Shown one piece after another: positions 19,741-31,119 of a stretch of DNA of 64,000 nt (its first letter is position 1; each line of letters starts with the position of its first letter). The stretch is from NCBI GenBank assembly GCA_963796275.1, contig CAWCKY010000006.1:1920001-1984000 (forward strand), given 5' to 3'. Made by a program: the position numbers and the translations under genes. The notes beneath the pieces are model-generated. The model was not told the origin of the DNA. It did no database searches and saw nothing but the letters and a program-made list of their open reading frames with translations. Source of the DNA: an uncultured Acidobacteriota bacterium (GTDB taxonomy: Bacteria; Acidobacteriota; Blastocatellia; RBC074).

Positions 19741-22503
19741 GTGGACATAAGACGCGATGTTAACCGAACACCGAAATTTTTATCCATTCTGGCATTCGTG
19801 TTATTCGGGGTCGGTCTTCTACCGATTGCCCATACGAATGCCCTGGAAATCAGGCCTTCAGACAAGCAGACAGACAAGCAATTAGAGGTACAAGTCTTCT
19901 CGATTCTGAAGCAGAAGTGCTTACAGTGCCACGGTGAAGCGGTCCAGATGTCCAATCTGGACCTGCGCACGCGCGAGTCTATGCTGAAGGGTGGTGAGAA
20001 TGGGCCGGCGATCGTTCCGGGAGATGCCGAAGCGAGCCGGCTCTATCGGCGTGTAGCGGGGTTGGAGAAACCCGTTATGCCCATGGCTCCAATGCCACCT
20101 CTGACCTCCCAAGAGCTCGCCGCATTGAAGTCCTGGATCGCTCAGGGGGCAAAATATTCCGATACACATACCGTCGCAACAGCGGCGAAAGGGAATGAAA
20201 AACGAGACCGGGAGATCGTTTTCACAAAAGAGGATCGTCAATGGTGGGCATTTCAAAAGCCGGTTCGCCATCCGATCCCGATGGTGACGAAGACCCGGCG
20301 GGGAGCAAAGCCGGCCAATCCGATAGACGCTTTTATCAGGAGCTCGGTTGACGGGAAGAGCCTCGCGCCCGCGCCTCAAGCGGATCGATATACTTTGGTT
20401 CGGCGGGCTTATCTCGACCTAACTGGACTTTTGCCCACTCCGGCAGAGGTCGATGGTTTTATCAAAGACGCATCGCCGAAGGCATATGAGAATCTGATCG
20501 AGCGTTTGTTATCATCCCCGCATTACGGAGAGAGGTGGGGACGGTTCTGGCTCGACGTGGCGCGGTATGCCGACAGCTCCGGATATGAGCACGATTACGA
20601 TATCGCCAATGCATGGCGCTACCGTGATTACGTCATCAAATCCTTCAATCAGGACAAGCCATACAACAGTTTCATCATAGAGCAGCTGGCCGGCGATGAG
20701 CTCGATGATCGGGACTACGATAGCCTGATCGCCACAACCTACTATCGAATCGGACCCAGAGTTCGTTATCGCGAGAAAGACAATCCTTACTACCGATATG
20801 AATATCTGGACGATATGATCCGAACCACGTTTCAGGGCTTCATGGGGCTTTCAGTCAACTGTGCGCGTTGTCACGACCACAAGTTCGATCCCATTTCGCG
20901 AATGGACTACTATCGGTCGATGGCGATGATCTTCGGGAATGTTGACTATAACCATCCGCTCGCGCCTCCGGAGAAGATCGCCGAGTATGAAAAGACGAGA
21001 AGGGAAGTGGACGAGCAGGTCAGGCCGTTATGGCGAAAGATAGTCGAGATGGAAGCGCCTTACCGGAGAGCGCAATTCGAAAAAAGACTTACAAAATTTC
21101 CCGAAGAGATTCAGATCGCCGTCAAGACGCCAGATGAGAAGCGGACTCCCGGCCAGAAGCTCCTGGCCGCGCAGGTCGCCTCGTATGACGTCGACCCGGA
21201 CGCCGCTGCCAACCAGGCTGCCTCCGGTTATCGCGGGATAAAGTTGAGCGAGGCGGAGGATGAAGTTCGGCGAAAGCTTCTTGATCAGATTGATGGATTT
21301 CAAAAGCGAATACCGCCTCCGCTGCCCGTCGCCGAAGGGGTTCGAGATGGCGATTATCGGCTTACTCCGGATGGGAGGGGTGATGAGCCGTTGCCCGGCA
21401 AAGGGAACCGCTTCGATTATGGGATCAAGTGCTGCTTCCTGTCGCAACCCGGCCAGCAATATCAGGTGCCTCCGGTCTATTACGGTTCGAACGGAGTTGA
21501 CGTCTCGGAAGATCAGAAGTCGGTAATCATCGAACCGGGTTATCTGCAGGTCCTGGTCAATGTCGACGCGCCGCCTCCGATTGCCTACCCGCCAGTCAGC
21601 GGCGGCAGCAGCGGGCGCCGTCGCGCGCTGGCCGAATGGATCGGCTCGCCCGACAACCCGCTGACGGCGCGCGTGATGGTGAATAGGATCTGGGGCTGGC
21701 ATTTCGGCCGCGGAATCGTCCCGACGCCGAGCAATTTTGGGAAGATGGGCGGGTCGCCGTCGCACCCGGAACTTCTCGATTGGCTGGCCACCGAATTCAT
21801 ACGACAGGGTTGGAGCGTCAAGCAAATGCATCGCCTGATTATGAATTCTCAGACTTACAAGATGGCTTCCAGCTTTGCTCATTCGGAAAACTTGGAGAAG
21901 GATCCAAATAACATATATCTGTGGCGCTTTCCGTTGCGGCGTTTGGAGGCAGAGGCCATCCGTGACGTGATCTTATCGGCCAGCGGAAACATCAACCTGG
22001 AGGTTGGTGGGGAACCGTTCTTTCCCGCAATCCCAGGTTCGGTGCGGGAGAGTTACCAGCAGGGCAAATGGGTGATGACCAAAGAGGATGTTTCGACATG
22101 GCGGCGCAGCATCTACGCTTATTGGAAGAGGGGGCTGAAATATCCGATGTTCGAAGTTCACGACCAGCCCGACCCGAATGTGACCTGCGAGAAGCGAAAT
22201 ATCACGACAGTGCCGACGCAGGCGCTAACCATGCTCAACAACGAGTTCGTGCTCATTCAGGCGCGCAGCCTGGCCGAGCGCGTCCTGCGTGATGCGGGCG
22301 GCGACCCGGTGAAGCAAGTTCGGCTTCTATATCGAATCGCGCTGAGCCGCGTTCCTGTGCAGCAGGAGCTGGAGAAGAACCTGGCCTTCATTATGAGACA
22401 GCGTGATTATCATAGTGGCCGGGGATCCGGCGCCGAACTGAATGCCCTCACCGATCTGGCGCACGTGATGCTGAATACAAACGAGTTCGTCTATATAAAT
22501 TAG
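19741..22503 (+). CDS. Planctomycete-type cytochrome c + DUF1549 (PSCyt2) + DUF1553 (PSD1) protein
   Basis: CLQCH and [11 protein letters not shown] haem motifs; [18 protein letters not shown]; [13 protein letters not shown]; HPELLDWLA. Confidence 0.93.
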   Translation: MDIRRDVNRTPKFLSILAFVLFGVGLLPIAHTNALEIRPSDKQTDKQLEVQVFSILKQKCLQCHGEAVQMSNLDLRTRESMLKGGENGPAIVPGDAEASRLYRRVAGLEKPVMPMAPMPPLTSQELAALKSWIAQGAKYSDTHTVATAAKGNEKRDREIVFTKEDRQWWAFQKPVRHPIPMVTKTRRGAKPANPIDAFIRSSVDGKSLAPAPQADRYTLVRRAYLDLTGLLPTPAEVDGFIKDASPKAYENLIERLLSSPHYGERWGRFWLDVARYADSSGYEHDYDIANAWRYRDYVIKSFNQDKPYNSFIIEQLAGDELDDRDYDSLIATTYYRIGPRVRYREKDNPYYRYEYLDDMIRTTFQGFMGLSVNCARCHDHKFDPISRMDYYRSMAMIFGNVDYNHPLAPPEKIAEYEKTRREVDEQVRPLWRKIVEMEAPYRRAQFEKRLTKFPEEIQIAVKTPDEKRTPGQKLLAAQVASYDVDPDAAANQAASGYRGIKLSEAEDEVRRKLLDQIDGFQKRIPPPLPVAEGVRDGDYRLTPDGRGDEPLPGKGNRFDYGIKCCFLSQPGQQYQVPPVYYGSNGVDVSEDQKSVIIEPGYLQVLVNVDAPPPIAYPPVSGGSSGRRRALAEWIGSPDNPLTARVMVNRIWGWHFGRGIVPTPSNFGKMGGSPSHPELLDWLATEFIRQGWSVKQMHRLIMNSQTYKMASSFAHSENLEKDPNNIYLWRFPLRRLEAEAIRDVILSASGNINLEVGGEPFFPAIPGSVRESYQQGKWVMTKEDVSTWRRSIYAYWKRGLKYPMFEVHDQPDPNVTCEKRNITTVPTQALTMLNNEFVLIQARSLAERVLRDAGGDPVKQVRLLYRIALSRVPVQQELEKNLAFIMRQRDYHSGRGSGAELNALTDLAHVMLNTNEFVYIN

Positions 22504-22524
22504 GCAAATCACCCCAATACCAAA

Positions 22525-24000
22525 ATGAACAAACGCCGATCTATATCTCGCCGGGACTTTCTATTCGAGGCCGGAACAGGAATCAGCGGTCTGGCCTTGA
22601 TCGATCTGCTTAATCGCGATGGGAATCTAGCCGCAGATCATTCCGATACTCCCTCGGTCTGCCGCAGCAAGGACGCGTTCCCCGGTTCGCCCAATTTGCC
22701 GAAACCGCCTCATTTCAAACCCCGCGCCAAATCGATGATCTCGCTCTTCATGAGCGGAGGGGTGAGCCACGTCGATACCTTCGATTACAAACCCGCGCTG
22801 TGGAAGTACCACGGAATGCCGCTCGAGGGGAAAGGCGAGATACGCGTCCGGCAGGGGTTCCCCGGACCCCTCATGAAAAGCCCATACAATTTCAAGCAGC
22901 ACGGCCAGTCGGGCATCTGGGTCTCGGACCTCTTCCCGAATATCGCGAACATTGTGGACGATCTGGCATTTATCTATTCGTGCAAGGGCAAGTCCAGCGA
23001 CCACGTACTATCCCACTACGAGTGGAACACCGGATCGATTCTCATGGGATATCCGAGCGTCGGCTCGTGGATGACTTATGGGTTGGGCAGCGAAAATCAG
23101 AATCTTCCGGCCTTTGTGGTGATCTATGATGCGCGCGGCGGTCCGTTCTCCGGGCCTGCCAATTGGAGCGCCGGATTTTTGCCTGCGGCATATCAGGGTA
23201 CGGTATTCCGATCTGCCGGCGATCCGATCCTCGATCTGTCTCCGCCGGCCAAATATGTCACGCGGGAACAGGAGAGAGCGCGGCTCGACCAGTTGAGCTG
23301 GCTGAACCAGAAACACGCCGATAAGCACCCCGGAAGCACGGAACTGGCGGCTCGAATCGCTTCTTACGAGATGGCATATCGCATGCAAATGTGTGCGCCT
23401 GACGCAGTGGACATTTCCGGCGAGAGCGAGGAGACGAAACGCCTTTACGGGCTGGACCACCCGGTCACCGAACCCTTCGGCAAGCAGTGCTTGCTGGCGC
23501 GGCGGCTGATAGAAAGAGGGGTCCGTGCAGTCCAGCTCTATCACGGCTCCCTGGTCAATCAAAACGTGGACACTTGGGACGCACACGCCAGTATAATTGA
23601 CGACCATGGAATGCACGCCCCTGAGATCGATAAGCCGATTGCCGGCCTGATCACGGATCTCAAACGCCGCGGTTTGCTCGATGAGACTCTCGTGATGTGG
23701 CATTCCGAGTTCGGACGCATGCCTATTTCACAGCGCGGTCTCGGCCGCGACCATAACCCTGATGCCATGACAATTTTTATGGCAGGAGCCGGAGTCGCCG
23801 GTGGACAGAAGATCGGATCGACAGACGAGGTCGGTTATAGAGCCGAGCAACAGATCGTGACCTGTCATGACCTGCACGCAACTCTCCTTCATTTGCTGGG
23901 ACTGGATCATAAACGGGTGACATATTTCTTCAACGGCCGCCATATGCGGCTTACTGATGTGCACGGCGAAGTCATCCCGCAAATCGCTGGTAAGCAATAA
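22525..24000 (+). CDS. DUF1501 family (sulfatase-like) protein with Tat signal
   Basis: SRRDFL; LFMSGGVSHVDTFDYKP; CLLARRLIERGVR; SEFGRMP; GRDHNP. Confidence 0.93.
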   Translation: MNKRRSISRRDFLFEAGTGISGLALIDLLNRDGNLAADHSDTPSVCRSKDAFPGSPNLPKPPHFKPRAKSMISLFMSGGVSHVDTFDYKPALWKYHGMPLEGKGEIRVRQGFPGPLMKSPYNFKQHGQSGIWVSDLFPNIANIVDDLAFIYSCKGKSSDHVLSHYEWNTGSILMGYPSVGSWMTYGLGSENQNLPAFVVIYDARGGPFSGPANWSAGFLPAAYQGTVFRSAGDPILDLSPPAKYVTREQERARLDQLSWLNQKHADKHPGSTELAARIASYEMAYRMQMCAPDAVDISGESEETKRLYGLDHPVTEPFGKQCLLARRLIERGVRAVQLYHGSLVNQNVDTWDAHASIIDDHGMHAPEIDKPIAGLITDLKRRGLLDETLVMWHSEFGRMPISQRGLGRDHNPDAMTIFMAGAGVAGGQKIGSTDEVGYRAEQQIVTCHDLHATLLHLLGLDHKRVTYFFNGRHMRLTDVHGEVIPQIAGKQ

Positions 24001-24055
24001 CCCGCTAACCAGTATTCACATCTAAACTCATTACGACATGTTGTGGAGGTAGATT

Positions 24056-27000
24056 ATGTACCAGCTTGCCAGTACCACTTTCATTATTATCCTTATCTTC
24101 TTCATCCCACTGAGTGCACAGGCGCCATCCGGTGAAATCAGCGGTGTGGTTTACGATCCGAGCGGATCGGTTGTCGCGGGTGTGAAGGTCACGCTCACAA
24201 ACCCGGCGACTAATGCCGTCCGGGAAGTCGCCACCAACGAATCGGGACTCTATGCCATTCCGGCCATACCCCCCGGAGTCTATATACTAAAGGTCGAAAA
24301 GACCGGTTTCCGCGCGGTCGAGCGCAGGAACATCGAGGTGCAGGTCGGAAGTTCGAACCGCATAGATCTGAATCTAGAGATCGGAGAGTTGACGAATGTC
24401 GTCGAAATCGCAGGTGGAGCTCCGGTGCTGCAGAGTGAGAACGCCTCGATCGGGACGGTGATCGAAAACCGAAGCGTGGTCGAGCTGCCGCTCAACGGAC
24501 GCAACTACCTGCAGCTAACCTCTCTTATTCCGGGAGCCACGACCAACGGGCCGTCCTCTAGCCAGGGTAAGCAGCGGATGGGAGGCCAGCGCAATAGCTT
24601 CGCGCTCAACGTCTCGGGTCAGCGCATCCATTACAACCATTACTCGCTCGACGGGATCGAGAACACCGACTTGAACTTCAACAGTTATATGTTGCTGCCG
24701 TCGGTCGATTCGATCAGGGAGTTCAAGGTCGAGTCCGGACTTTTCGATGCCGAATATGGCCGAGCGATAGCGCAGATTAACGTCTCGACCAAATCGGGTA
24801 CGAACCAGTATCACGGGACATTTTTCGAATTCCTGCGCAATTCGGCGCTCGACGCCAAGAACTATTTTGACCGTCCGAGCGAGCCGATCCCGCCTTTCAA
24901 GCGCAACCAGTACGGCCTGACTGTAGACGGGCCGGTTAAGCTGCCGCGTTTCGGCGAGGGAGGTCCGGCCTTTTACGACGGCAAGGACAGATTGTTCTTT
25001 CTCTTCAACTGGGAGGGGCTGCGCGAGCGCAAGGCGCTCACTCAAAACGTTTCGGCGCCTCTGACGCCGTGGCGCAGCGGTGATTTCTCCGGGATCTCGA
25101 ACGTTATCTATGATCCGGCAACGCGAGTTTTCGATGAGGATGGAAATGTGATCGGCGCGCCGACGCCGTTTCCCGGCAATATAATCCCCGATGATCGAAT
25201 TCATCCGGTCGCGAAGAAACTTCTCGGCTTCTTCCCGCTTCCGCAGCAGGAGCGAACCGGCGCCAATTTCATTAATAACGAAGCGCGGCGTATCAACGCG
25301 GACCAGTTCACCTACAGGATTGATTTTACCGAGAGCTCTAAATCGAACTGGTTCTTCCGCCACAGCATCTCGAACGAGCTCGGCTATGACCCCTTTGCGG
25401 TTCCGAATATGGGGATCAACACTGACACTGATGTACAACAGGGAGTGGTGGCCAATACGAGAACGTTCGGGGCGAACAAGGTCAACGACATACGTTTCGG
25501 CCTGAGCCGTCTGGTCAACGCTCACATCTCTCCGCGGGCAAACAATGTCAATGTGGTCAAAGATCTTGGCATCAACCTGCCGACCGATAATCCGCTTTAT
25601 TGGGGTGTGCCCAACATAACCATCACCGATATATCGGGCCCCGGTGAGGAGAGCGATGCTCCTTTCATCAATTACGACACCACCATTCAGTTGGTAGATA
25701 ATTTTTCCTGGACGGTCGGTACCCACTCCTTCAAATTTGGGGGCGAGATACGCCGCGTTCGGTATAACCAGATCGGCGGAGTCGTCACTCGCGGTCGTTT
25801 CAATTTCGACGGGCGGTACACGCAGAACCCTCGCCTGCCAACTGCTCAACTCGGCGGTTCGCCATTTGCCGACTTCCTGCTCGGCCACTTTAACCGATCC
25901 GAGGCGCAGGTCGGCGCCCCTGTCGCCAACTTCCGCTCGAACTATTTCGCGCTCTACTATCAGGACAATTGGAAAATCACGCCGAAGCTCACTCTCAACT
26001 ACGGGCTTCGCTGGGAGAACGATCAGCCATTCCTAGATAAGCACGACGCCATCGTCAACATCGATTTTCGCTGGGACAATTCGATGGAGCCGGTCTACGT
26101 CCGGGCCGGCACGGGAGATCCTTATGAGGGCAACCCCGCTTTTCCTTTGGCCTCCAATATCCAGTACGTACGTGATGGACGCTTCGGCAACCGGGCCTAT
26201 TTAAATGACCTGAACGATTTCGCTCCGCGTTTAGGTATCGCATACCAGATTACGCCGAAGACTGTATTGCGAACCGGCGCGGGCATCTATTACGTCCGTG
26301 ACATCGGTAACGCCATTTTCGATGTCGTCCGGAACGCGCCCTTCACGATTCGCCGCGACGAGCCGGCAGAGAGTTTCCGTCCCAACCTGAGTTACGAGCA
26401 GCCGTTCGCGCGCACCGGCGCACCGACCTTTATCCTGATCAATCAGTTCAATGAACGATCGTCCTACGTTGCTCAGTGGTCATTAGGACTGCAGCGCCAG
26501 GTGACCAACGACATGACGGTGGAGGCGACCTACTTCGGATCGGCCGGGATCAAGCTGCGACGGCTGATGAGTTACAACAATCCTGAGCCGAGCGAAATGC
26601 CCAACTCGAACATGGCGCGTCCGTTCCCGAAGTTCGGCAGCTTCCAGACTATGGCTGCGCCGAGCCACTCCAACTACAACGCGCTCTATCTCAAGGTTCA
26701 ACAGCGCTTTTCGCGCGGCCTGACTTTCCTCAGTTCTTTCGCATGGGGTAAGTCGATCGATAACGGCAGCGGCATCCGCACAACCGACGGCGACTCATTG
26801 ACTCCGTCGAACAACTATAACCTGGATCTCGAGCGCGGACTGTCGGCCTTCGATTTTCGCCGCCGCCTGACGACATCGTGGCTCTGGGAATTGCCGGTCG
26901 GGAAAGGGAAGCGGTTCCTGACCAGCGGAGGCATCGCTGATCTCGTATTGGGCGGATGGCAACTCGGAGGAATTCTGACATTTCAGGACGGGTTCCCTTT

Positions 27001-27409
27001 CACGGTGCTCTGCGGCACCGGTAATATCCAGAACGGCGGTGGAGTGTGTTACCCCGATTCCACGGGGGCGGACCCGAATCTGCCGAGCGATGAGCAGACC
27101 CGCACGCGCTTCTTCAACACAGCCGCTTTCGTCAATCGAACTGGCGATATCAGGCCTTTCCGTTACGGCACAACCGGGCGAAACTCGGTGACCGGTCCGG
27201 GTATCATCAGTTTCGACGCCTCGCTCAATAAGAAGTTCAACCTGACCGAGTCGAAGTTTCTGGAATTCAGAACCGAGATATTCAACCTACCGAACCATCC
27301 GATATGGAATCCGCCGGGTAATCAGATCGGGAATCCGACTTATGGTGTGATAACCAGCACCAGGATCGACTCGCGCCAACTCCAGTTCGCGTTGAAGCTG
27401 GTTATGTAA
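24056..27409 (+). CDS. TonB-dependent receptor, Oar type
   Basis: Signal peptide, LPLNGRNYLQL, FAPRLGIAY, C-terminal RQLQFALKLVM. Confidence 0.95.
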   Translation: MYQLASTTFIIILIFFIPLSAQAPSGEISGVVYDPSGSVVAGVKVTLTNPATNAVREVATNESGLYAIPAIPPGVYILKVEKTGFRAVERRNIEVQVGSSNRIDLNLEIGELTNVVEIAGGAPVLQSENASIGTVIENRSVVELPLNGRNYLQLTSLIPGATTNGPSSSQGKQRMGGQRNSFALNVSGQRIHYNHYSLDGIENTDLNFNSYMLLPSVDSIREFKVESGLFDAEYGRAIAQINVSTKSGTNQYHGTFFEFLRNSALDAKNYFDRPSEPIPPFKRNQYGLTVDGPVKLPRFGEGGPAFYDGKDRLFFLFNWEGLRERKALTQNVSAPLTPWRSGDFSGISNVIYDPATRVFDEDGNVIGAPTPFPGNIIPDDRIHPVAKKLLGFFPLPQQERTGANFINNEARRINADQFTYRIDFTESSKSNWFFRHSISNELGYDPFAVPNMGINTDTDVQQGVVANTRTFGANKVNDIRFGLSRLVNAHISPRANNVNVVKDLGINLPTDNPLYWGVPNITITDISGPGEESDAPFINYDTTIQLVDNFSWTVGTHSFKFGGEIRRVRYNQIGGVVTRGRFNFDGRYTQNPRLPTAQLGGSPFADFLLGHFNRSEAQVGAPVANFRSNYFALYYQDNWKITPKLTLNYGLRWENDQPFLDKHDAIVNIDFRWDNSMEPVYVRAGTGDPYEGNPAFPLASNIQYVRDGRFGNRAYLNDLNDFAPRLGIAYQITPKTVLRTGAGIYYVRDIGNAIFDVVRNAPFTIRRDEPAESFRPNLSYEQPFARTGAPTFILINQFNERSSYVAQWSLGLQRQVTNDMTVEATYFGSAGIKLRRLMSYNNPEPSEMPNSNMARPFPKFGSFQTMAAPSHSNYNALYLKVQQRFSRGLTFLSSFAWGKSIDNGSGIRTTDGDSLTPSNNYNLDLERGLSAFDFRRRLTTSWLWELPVGKGKRFLTSGGIADLVLGGWQLGGILTFQDGFPFTVLCGTGNIQNGGGVCYPDSTGADPNLPSDEQTRTRFFNTAAFVNRTGDIRPFRYGTTGRNSVTGPGIISFDASLNKKFNLTESKFLEFRTEIFNLPNHPIWNPPGNQIGNPTYGVITSTRIDSRQLQFALKLVM

Positions 27410-27426
27410 AAGGAGGGCTTACATCC

Positions 27427-28461
27427 ATGAAGAATCTGTTTGTATGTGTAATTCTGATGTTTGCGGTTTTCAGCTTTGCACAACAACCGAAATCGAAGGC
27501 GCCGGAGCAGGGCTATGTGCCCGCAGGTTGGTACCCGCACGAAGGCGGGTTGCTCAAATACCGCGTCGCCATTCGTTTCGGGGAAGAGCCCGATACCATG
27601 CCTGATGGCTGGAAGTTCGGTCGCGTTTCCGCCGTCACGACCGATTCAAAAGGCGAGGTCTATGTTTTTCACCGAGGAAAGAAAGCAGATCCGCTCGTCG
27701 TCTTTGATGCCAAGGGAAATTATCTACGCTCGTGGGGGAGGGACTTTTTCGGGAACCCACACGGTCTGAGAGCGGATAAGGACGACAACATCTGGGCGGT
27801 CGATAACCGGAACCATCAGGTCTACAAGTTCACGAGGGACGGCAAGCTGCTTCAGTCGTGGGGCTCCAAAGGTGTGCCCGGAACTGATGACAAGACGTTC
27901 AACAGTCCGACGGACATAGCTTTTGCAGCGAACGGCGATTTCTATATCTCAGACGGTTACGTCAATTCACGTGTAGTGAAGTTCAACAGGGACGGTAAGT
28001 ATCTGCTCTCCTGGGGCAAGAGGGGAAGCGCGCCGGGCGAATTCCATACCGTCCATTCCGTCGGTGTAGACTCCAAAGGCCGGGTTTACGTGAGCGATAG
28101 GGAGAACAATAGGATCCAGATATTCAATTCGAACGGAGAATTTATAAAGCAATGGACTCATCTTGGCGCCACCCAGGGTCTGTTCATTACTCCGAACGAT
28201 GAGTTGTGGATCATCACTCACCGCAACAATGTTGAGAACATCACCTACGACACTCTGGCGGGCCGGATAATGAAGATCGATCTTGAATCGGGCAGAGTTC
28301 TCGGAGCAATGGAGAGCCCCGGTCATATGATTACTTTAGCAAAGAGCGGAGAGCTGTTTGTCGCGAGTCTTACAGGCAATCTCTTTCGCTGGTATCCGGA
28401 TTGGCTCACAAACGATGCCGCTGCCAGGGCCGAGGAGAAAGGACCACCGCAACAGCAATAA
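27427..28461 (+). CDS. Secreted NHL-repeat beta-propeller (peptidyl-alpha-hydroxyglycine lyase-like)
   Basis: Signal peptide; PHGL, FNSPTDIA, ISDGYVNSRVVKF, VSDRENNRIQIF. Confidence 0.88.
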   Translation: MKNLFVCVILMFAVFSFAQQPKSKAPEQGYVPAGWYPHEGGLLKYRVAIRFGEEPDTMPDGWKFGRVSAVTTDSKGEVYVFHRGKKADPLVVFDAKGNYLRSWGRDFFGNPHGLRADKDDNIWAVDNRNHQVYKFTRDGKLLQSWGSKGVPGTDDKTFNSPTDIAFAANGDFYISDGYVNSRVVKFNRDGKYLLSWGKRGSAPGEFHTVHSVGVDSKGRVYVSDRENNRIQIFNSNGEFIKQWTHLGATQGLFITPNDELWIITHRNNVENITYDTLAGRIMKIDLESGRVLGAMESPGHMITLAKSGELFVASLTGNLFRWYPDWLTNDAAARAEEKGPPQQQ

Positions 28462-28511
28462 ATAACAACAATAAATATTTGATGCAGCACGCAAAGCTGC
28501 CCAAGAATGTC

Positions 28512-28573
28512 GAAGAGAAAGTAAGAAGAATAGGAGGAAACTCTGTGACCGACTATTCTTCTTTTTTCTCTTC
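28512..28573. terminator. Long hairpin between convergent genes, probable bidirectional terminator
   Basis: GAAGAGAAAGTAAGAAGAATAG .. CTATTCTTCTTTTTTCTCTTC near-perfect inverted repeat. Confidence 0.55.
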
Positions 28574-28611
28574 TTTGTCTTAACGGCTCTGCGTTAGATA
28601 TCTGACAATTT

Positions 28612-30696
28612 TTACTTGTGATGATGTTTAGACGGCGTGGCGGCTAACGGCGGATTGCTGTTTGTACCTTCAGCTGCGGATGTCACGTTCGAATCGTTAA
28701 CCGATGAGACGACGTAATAATAGGTCTTTCCGTTCTCCAGCCGCACGTCGTTGAATCTGGGCGACCGCAGGTTCCGGCCGACTACGGTAAATGGTCCCCA
28801 CGGCGAACTGCCGCGGCGCACGTTGTACCCGCACGCGCCGCTAACCGGCTCCCAGCTCAACTTCACATGCTTGTTGCTCGCCCGCGCCCTCAGCCCCACC
28901 GGGGCTTCGAGCGGCATCGTCCCCGACAGCCCGGCTACGGCGCCGTACTTGGAGTTGCGGTTGACGTCGGTAATATCATCGGTCAGGCCCCAGCTTCCGA
29001 AGCGGTTGTAGGCAGAGACAAGCGCAAACTGCATAAACAAATCCCCGCCACCATTCGAAAGATTGAACCAGTGGTCGGCCAGATTGCTTCGCGATAGCTC
29101 GCCGTTTCGCTGCGAACGCTCGGCGCGTATGCGATTGGCGATATTGTTCTCAAAGATGAACTGCGAGTTGACATCGCCCGTCGCGGAGCCGCTCTCATAG
29201 GTCATCGCTTTGATGTTGAATGCCCGCGCCACGTCGATGAAACGTTGTCTATCGTTATCGCTGCCATTGAGATCGGCTTCCATGGCGGCCAGTATCTCAT
29301 CGACCGTCGCCACCGGGTTCTGGAAGATCGACCCTCCCACGCCGAAGTAGGCCGTCGTGGCAATTCCGTAGATGTATTGGCTCGGATCGCCATATTGTGC
29401 GTGCAACCATTGCAGCATCTCGTCGTATTCCTGCGGCTGGATTGCCCACCACGACAATACTGGCCGAATGCGCGTCGTCGCGCGATGGCCGAAGGCATCA
29501 CAGAAGACCGCGCGGAACTTGTCGCCGATCTCTTTGGTGCGGCGCGCGTGTCGCCGGCGGGCCCATACCTCTTCGCGATTGGGTCGGCCTCCGCCCGTGT
29601 TGGCCGATACGTCCGGGATGTTCAAATTCGAATTCGGAGAAATTTGTGTGCAGGCGGGTTCGGCGGCGAACGGCGCGGCGTAATTGTCGCAGACCTCATC
29701 GCGCGCCGCGGCCTTGTTCCAGACGTATTGCCCGAAGCCGAAATTCCAGACTTCGTTGCTGTATTCCAGATAGAGATTGAGATCCGGATTTACTCGGTCG
29801 CGCATCAAGCGCGCCAGCTCTTCAATGTATTCGTCACTCGCTTCGGCCGGGATATTGATCCACAGGTCGCGGTTGCTCAGATTGCCGATCAGCGCGACAT
29901 ACTCCCAGGCATAACCGAAAGATTGTCCCGATGACTCTTGTGTCGCATCTGTTACTTTGCGCCGATCATCCCAATCGATCCAGTCGCCCGTTCCATAAAA
30001 GATCCTGTGATTGGTCTCAAGAAAATCCATATAGCGAACGACGCTGAATGGGCGCAGGGCCGAGAGAATAGGCGATGTCAAAATCTGCTGTGAATCGCGC
30101 GGTACGCCGGGCCGCGATAAGCGCAGGTTGGATATCCCCGTATTCTGCAGGCTATCGGGTGTGCGGCGTGTGTTCTGGAAATTGAGGACGATCAAGCCTG
30201 ATGCGTTGTTCGCGGCAGTGATCTCGGCGCGCAGGACATTCACCTCAGCCGTAGTCGTGTTTGAAACCGGGTCGTAGACGATGTTGCTCACTTCGGCCAG
30301 GCCGCCGGCAGTCAAGTCGGCTGAGCCGTTGAATGAGACGAGATATGTGCCGAAAACATCGACTTGATACCGCTCTGGGTCGTCAATAAACTGCGCCGGA
30401 AAGTTCCAGGCATTGGTCGGGCGATAATCGAAGATCACGGTCCACGCATCGGAAACCGGCCATCCCTGTACGTCCAGGGGCGCTGCTTCATTGACGTCGA
30501 ACCTGCGCCACTCGCGGAAGGTCTTGGCCGCGTCGGTTAAAAACAGGCCGCGGCCGTCGCCGATGCCGATGCCGATCTTGCCAGGATAGGTCTGTCCGTG
30601 CACAGCACTGCGTTCGGCGATAATGGGCAGCACCGCGAGAACGATGAGTAAAGCCGTACGGATGGGGGTTTTGTTGGCGAGGATCGCTTTCTTCAT
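28612..30696 (-). CDS. Secreted glycoside-hydrolase-like protein with C-terminal fibronectin type III domain
   Basis: Signal peptide; VRYMD, WINIP, YLEYSNEVWN, TYESG; Fn3 LSWEPV..YNVRR..YYYVVSSVN. Confidence 0.75.
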   Translation of the reverse strand: MKKAILANKTPIRTALLIVLAVLPIIAERSAVHGQTYPGKIGIGIGDGRGLFLTDAAKTFREWRRFDVNEAAPLDVQGWPVSDAWTVIFDYRPTNAWNFPAQFIDDPERYQVDVFGTYLVSFNGSADLTAGGLAEVSNIVYDPVSNTTTAEVNVLRAEITAANNASGLIVLNFQNTRRTPDSLQNTGISNLRLSRPGVPRDSQQILTSPILSALRPFSVVRYMDFLETNHRIFYGTGDWIDWDDRRKVTDATQESSGQSFGYAWEYVALIGNLSNRDLWINIPAEASDEYIEELARLMRDRVNPDLNLYLEYSNEVWNFGFGQYVWNKAAARDEVCDNYAAPFAAEPACTQISPNSNLNIPDVSANTGGGRPNREEVWARRRHARRTKEIGDKFRAVFCDAFGHRATTRIRPVLSWWAIQPQEYDEMLQWLHAQYGDPSQYIYGIATTAYFGVGGSIFQNPVATVDEILAAMEADLNGSDNDRQRFIDVARAFNIKAMTYESGSATGDVNSQFIFENNIANRIRAERSQRNGELSRSNLADHWFNLSNGGGDLFMQFALVSAYNRFGSWGLTDDITDVNRNSKYGAVAGLSGTMPLEAPVGLRARASNKHVKLSWEPVSGACGYNVRRGSSPWGPFTVVGRNLRSPRFNDVRLENGKTYYYVVSSVNDSNVTSAAEGTNSNPPLAATPSKHHHK

Positions 30697-31119
30697 ACTG
30701 ATGCCTCCTTGATGGTTGTTTGAGCTAAGCTTTCTGACATTAATGATCGGCTTTGTGATAACCGGATGACCCGTGGCCAGGTTAGATAAACGTTGCAGGT
30801 TTATTTACTACCCGACACCTTTCGATCGCTGTCAAGAGATGGGCGGCTGGTCACGCCCTGTTAATACAATTGAAGTTATTGATGAAGCTTGGAAGTAATA
30901 CGGTTAATAGTTAGTCATGGATGGCGATTTACCGTCAAGGCTAAAACTCATTCAATCGATTTTTCATTTTCATAGCTCCTTTTTCTTCAGAACCAGGGTT
31001 GCTCTTAATAACCCGGCCGTTTGAAAATGGAGTATGCCGACGCACAGCGCCGATTGAACTAAGCCTGGCCTTTCAATCTTCGCATACTGGCGATTGATGA
31101 AGTTCGATTGTCCAGTATC

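Noticed and set aside
24515-25888. 457-aa minus-strand ORF, and similar long antisense ORFs such as 5085-5954 and 21028-21882
   Set aside because: Antisense shadows of GC-rich genes with no recognisable motifs.
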